From Octopus sinensis (Eukaryota): a stretch of DNA of 64,000 nt. The first letter of the stretch is position 1. Every line of letters begins with the position of its first letter. Location: assembly GCF_006345805.1 (NCBI RefSeq), contig NC_043000.1, forward strand, positions 83,514,001-83,578,000, in the 5' to 3' direction. The position numbers and the translations under genes are program-made. The notes under the pieces are model-generated. The model searched no databases. It was not told the DNA's origin and saw nothing but the letters and a program-made list of their open reading frames with translations. Positions 60,264 to 64,000 of this stretch are shown here, piece after piece.

Positions 60264-60384
60264 AATGAAGACCCTAAAAATGCTTGGCAATACCTACGGG
60301 AAAATGATGTTGTTAATATGTTAGGACAAGTGGCACTCAATGAATTGTTTCAACATGTTCTTATGATGACTCTAAACCAAGATG
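60264..60384 (+). CDS. EPG5: EPG5 coding exon 9 (contains LIR2 WQYL)
   Basis: TTTCAG|AAT GAA GAC; NEDPKNAWQYLRENDVVNMLGQVALNELFQHVL...QD-G|GTGAGT, phase 1. Confidence 0.92.
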
Positions 60385-61459
60385 GTGAGTGTATCTATTC
60401 TTTTCAATGTTTGCCCCACCCTCTACACAACCCACCTCATCATCATCCTTACCATCTTTCCTACCCTTTCTCACTAAATCCCAATACTTTATTCTTTTGC
60501 TTCCATACTCTCTAGTCAAATTGTGTTTCTTCTGTTACTCTCTTTGTTACTATCCTCAAACAGCTATAAATCTGTTTCTTTCATATTTCACTCTTTCCAT
60601 TATCTTGCCTAAAATCATTACATTCTCTGGATCTTTTCTGTTAGGCTGCACCTGTGGAAGTTTTAAAGTTTAGCGAAAATTAAAAAATTTGGTGTATTGA
60701 TGTAATTTTCCATGCTGAGTCTCAGGGACTAATTCACTTTTCTCAGAAAACTTTTAAGAAAAAGTTACAGTGGTTTAAAGTTCGATAATTTAAAACAGGA
60801 TTTGGACACTCTCATTTTGTGCATGACAGCACATTGTCAACTGTAAACAAATGAAATATTGGTGGAATTCTGCTTTACACACTTCATATAAACCCATGTA
60901 ACTTTTTTATTTTTTGGAATTTTCAGAAAATTTTTGTGAATTTGTATTCTACACATAAGAATTCATACGATTGTGTAAAAACAAAAAACAAAAAATTTTG
61001 GTGTGTGATTTAAGGCCTGTTTAGTTATTATTTTTACCAAGTCTCATGACCACCATTTAATAAGTGAAAAATGACAGTGTGAGTAAGCAGCTTGGTAACA
61101 GTTTGGCTTATTTCTGTGGAAACAGGCACCTATATGCCTGTGCCTTTTGATTGCCTAAAATTACCCAAAATTTGCAAACTTTAAAAGCTATTAACTCTTT
61201 ATTTATTGATTTATGGCAAAAATGAATTTCATGTCATTGATTACTTTACAAAACTGCACCAATACACTAAATATGAAATCAGTTGGAACAAAAATTGAGG
61301 AAACTGAAAAGTGGCAGCCAAACAGAAAAAAAACCCCACTCTCTTTTTCCTCTACTCTTCATTTATGGGAGCCACTGTAGGACATTTAGTTCTACAAGTC
61401 GTGAGGGGACCTCGCGTTTTTTACGTACAAAAAGAAAGCACTTTGTATTTACTCTGTAC

Positions 61460-61965
61460 ACTGTAAAGTGGTTAGCATTAAGAATGACATTCAGTCACAA
61501 AATCTACGTCAAAACAGATATTAGAGCATGTGCCGGTGACACATAAAATGCACCATTTGAGCATGGCTGATGCCAGTGCCATCTGACTGGCATGTAAAAA
61601 GCACCATTCGAGTGTGGCCAATGCCAGTGCCACCTTAATGGCACCTGTGCTGGTGGCATGTAAAATGCACCATTTGAGCTTGGCTAATACCTGTGGTGCC
61701 TGACTGGCACCTGTGCCAGTGGCATGTAAAAAGCACCATTTGAATGTGGCTGATGCCAGTGCTGCCTGACTGGCTCCCATGCCAGTGGCACGTAAAACGC
61801 ATCCACTACACTCTCAGAGTGGTTGGCATTAGGAAGGGCATCTAGCTGTAGAAACCTTGCAAATCTGATTGGAGCCTGTTGCAGCCTCCTGGCTTGCCAG
61901 TTCTCAGTCAAACCGTCCAACTCATGCCAGCATGGAAAGCAGATTTTAAATGGTGATGATGATTA
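61460..61965 (+). mobile_element. RTE 3'UTR copy with expanded internal ~55-66-bp tandem array
   Basis: About 4.5 units of GTGCCRGTGGCAYGTAAAAAGCACCATTTGAG...TGACTGGC (61528-61800), followed by the standard CCACTACACTC-GAGTGG end and a GATGAT tail. Confidence 0.75.
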
Positions 61966-62386
61966 CCAACAGCTCTAATAAAACAGCCAGAATTATAATA
62001 TGCATAATTCTTCATTGTATGTTTTTCAATATCTGGTGCTCTTCTAAGTTTTGAAAAATGATTTTCTCACTCACTGATACCAGTAGAAGAGGTTTATTTC
62101 TTTTGATATGAAGAATTTTATTATGAAAATGAAAATGTATTTTTTTATCTGCCCAATTTCTACCACATCAGTTTTGCTGCTATACTGTTTTTTTTTCAAT
62201 ATGTTCTGTTGCAGATAATACAAACCTCAATACCATCATAACCCTTTAAATGCTGCCTCATGCTTTTAATACCAATATCTCTCTCATCAAATCCTTCAGT
62301 GCTGGTCTTGACAATCAAATCAAATCAAATAATTTTTAGTTTGGTGCTGCCATTAAAAAAAAAAATTTTTTTTTTTTTACTTTCAG

Positions 62387-62543
62387 GTTCATGGCATTAT
62401 GATGTGAATGTGACTTCTGAATCAATAATGATGAAAACCTTTGCATTCTTTACATGCCTCATCGATATTCTTAGTTGTGGCTTGAAGACATTTTCTCTTT
62501 CTCGATACCGACAGCTGAATAAAAGAATTGGACGCATGATCAC
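62387..62543 (+). CDS. EPG5: EPG5 coding exon 10
   Basis: TTTCAG|GT TCA TGG; SIMMKTFAFFTCLIDILSCGLKTFSLSRYRQLNKRIGRMI-T(AC)|GTAAGT, phase 2. Confidence 0.93.
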
Positions 62544-63227
62544 GTAAGTCTCTTCTTTTGAGTTTATATTTTTTGGCAATTCTTGCCTTCACTAAACAGT
62601 TTCTTGTTTCTGATTGTTGTTTTATTGGCAGTGTCATAAATGACTTCTCTAATGGACTAGATCTAACAAGAATCATCACTTTTGTAATTTGAATGGTACT
62701 TCTTCATCTGCTCCAAATTTTCCCCTTATGTTAGAATTATGCAAAGCTGCTTACAATTTTTAAAAAAAATTCTAGATCCTTATAGTACCTTTCTGTCTAA
62801 GTTGACTTCAAATTCTGCCAAAGTCAACTTTGCTTTCCATCCATTTGGGATCAATAAAATGGTACTAGTCAAACACTAGGGTTGATGTAATTGACTAACA
62901 CTCTCCTACAAAATTTCAAAACTTGTACCTGTATTAGGAAAGATTATGGTGCCATTAATTATTTAGCAAGAGAATCAGGTATATGGATTTGCATATTGGC
63001 CTAAAATATAATATATTTTATTGGTAGCTATTCTCATTTGGGCCATCTCTAATGTTGACGAAGAATCCTCTGAGCAAATACACTAATTTAAAAAAAAAAA
63101 ACTAAAATTTTTTTTGCTTAATTTTTGTGTTCTGTTTTAATGTAATGATTTCACCTGCAAATAACTATAACTGCTGTTAATTTTGTTTTTAAACATTGCA
63201 GTATCTTTATTTTATTATATTTTACAG

Positions 63228-63371
63228 GCAAATAATGTTATACACATCAGATCACTGGTTAAGTTTCCGCCAATGCAACCAACGTTTACCACCAGCGATG
63301 CTTGAACGATTACAAGTTGAGTTTGACCAGCTATTTTTACGTGCTGTCCATTGTATTCTTAATGCTGAAAG
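63228..63371 (+). CDS. EPG5: EPG5 coding exon 11 (gene continues beyond window)
   Basis: TTACAG|G CAA ATA; QIMLYTSDHWL...MLERLQVEFDQLFLRAVHCILNAE-R(AG)|GTAAGC. Confidence 0.93.
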
Positions 63372-63727
63372 GTAAGCTGTTTGGTTTGTTTGCCATTATA
63401 TCTAAGGCTGGAGCATCTTCTTTTATCAATCTCATATAAAGCTATTTTCCTTTAATCCTTTAGCATTTGAACCAGCTATAACCAACCCAAGTATTCTACA
63501 TGTTTTATATTCTATCTGGCCAAATCCATCTTCGCACACCTAAAGATATACAATCACATCATCAGAATCTCTAAGCTACAAGATAATGCCTGATTAATAC
63601 AAAATAATGTGAATAAATAAGCATTACATTTTAGAAAGTAATCTGAGTGCTAAAGGCTTCAAATTCTGTTAGATAATTCTTTGTTATGACCCTCCACTCT
63701 AAATTGTTTTAGTTTAGGGTAAAAATA

Positions 63728-64000
63728 CATCATCATCATCATCATCATTTAACGTCCGCTTTCCATGCTAGCATGGGTTGGACGGTTCAACTGGGGTCTG
63801 GCGAGCCCGAAGGCTGCACCAGGCCAGTCAGATCTGGCAGTGTTTCTACAGCTGGATGCCCTTCCTAACGCCAACCACTCCGAGAGTGTAGTGGGTGATT
63901 TTACGTGCCACCAACACAGGTGCCAGACGAGGCTGGCAGACGGCCACGCTCGGATGGTGTTTTTTATGTGCCACCGACACAGGTGCCAGACGAGGCTGGC
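63728..64000 (-). mobile_element. Young antisense RTE 3'UTR copy, truncated by window edge
   Basis: (CAT)n-TTAACGTCCGCTTTCCATGCTAGCATGGG...CCACTCCGAGAGTGTAGTGGG; CpGs intact. Confidence 0.8.

Overview
AT-rich, microsatellite-dense, intron-rich animal genomic DNA. The repeat landscape (tRNA-derived SINEs, RTE LINE tails ending in (GAT)n, Tc1/piggyBac MITEs, Penelope relics) is most consistent with an octopus/coleoid cephalopod; this is an inference from recognised repeat types. The window holds one host gene: the 5' part of EPG5 (autophagosome-lysosome tether, Vici-syndrome gene) on the + strand. I assembled 11 coding exons by hand from 11408 to 63371 (2624 nt, 874 codons + 2 nt). All have GT-AG junctions in consistent phase, the first intron is 27 kb, and the gene runs off the right edge. 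An intact-looking tRNA-Ile(AAT) lies in intron 3. The rest is mobile-element debris: a gypsy-like pol relic, R4/Dong, RTE and Penelope relics, a full-length dead Tc1, and many MITEs and SINEs, often nested. The most unusual signals are three. (i) A cluster of Penelope-type minimal hammerhead ribozyme motifs, including a young head-to-tail pair in sense orientation in EPG5 intron 3, several tied to long fold-back palindromes. (ii) A TSD-flanked retro-insertion carrying only a zinc-knuckle ORF1, followed by an array of five GAGG-N7/8-CCTC hairpins and a polyA signal, with no reverse transcriptase. (iii) Conservation of EPG5's tandem LIR motifs across an intron. No databases could be run, so all family assignments come from motif recognition.
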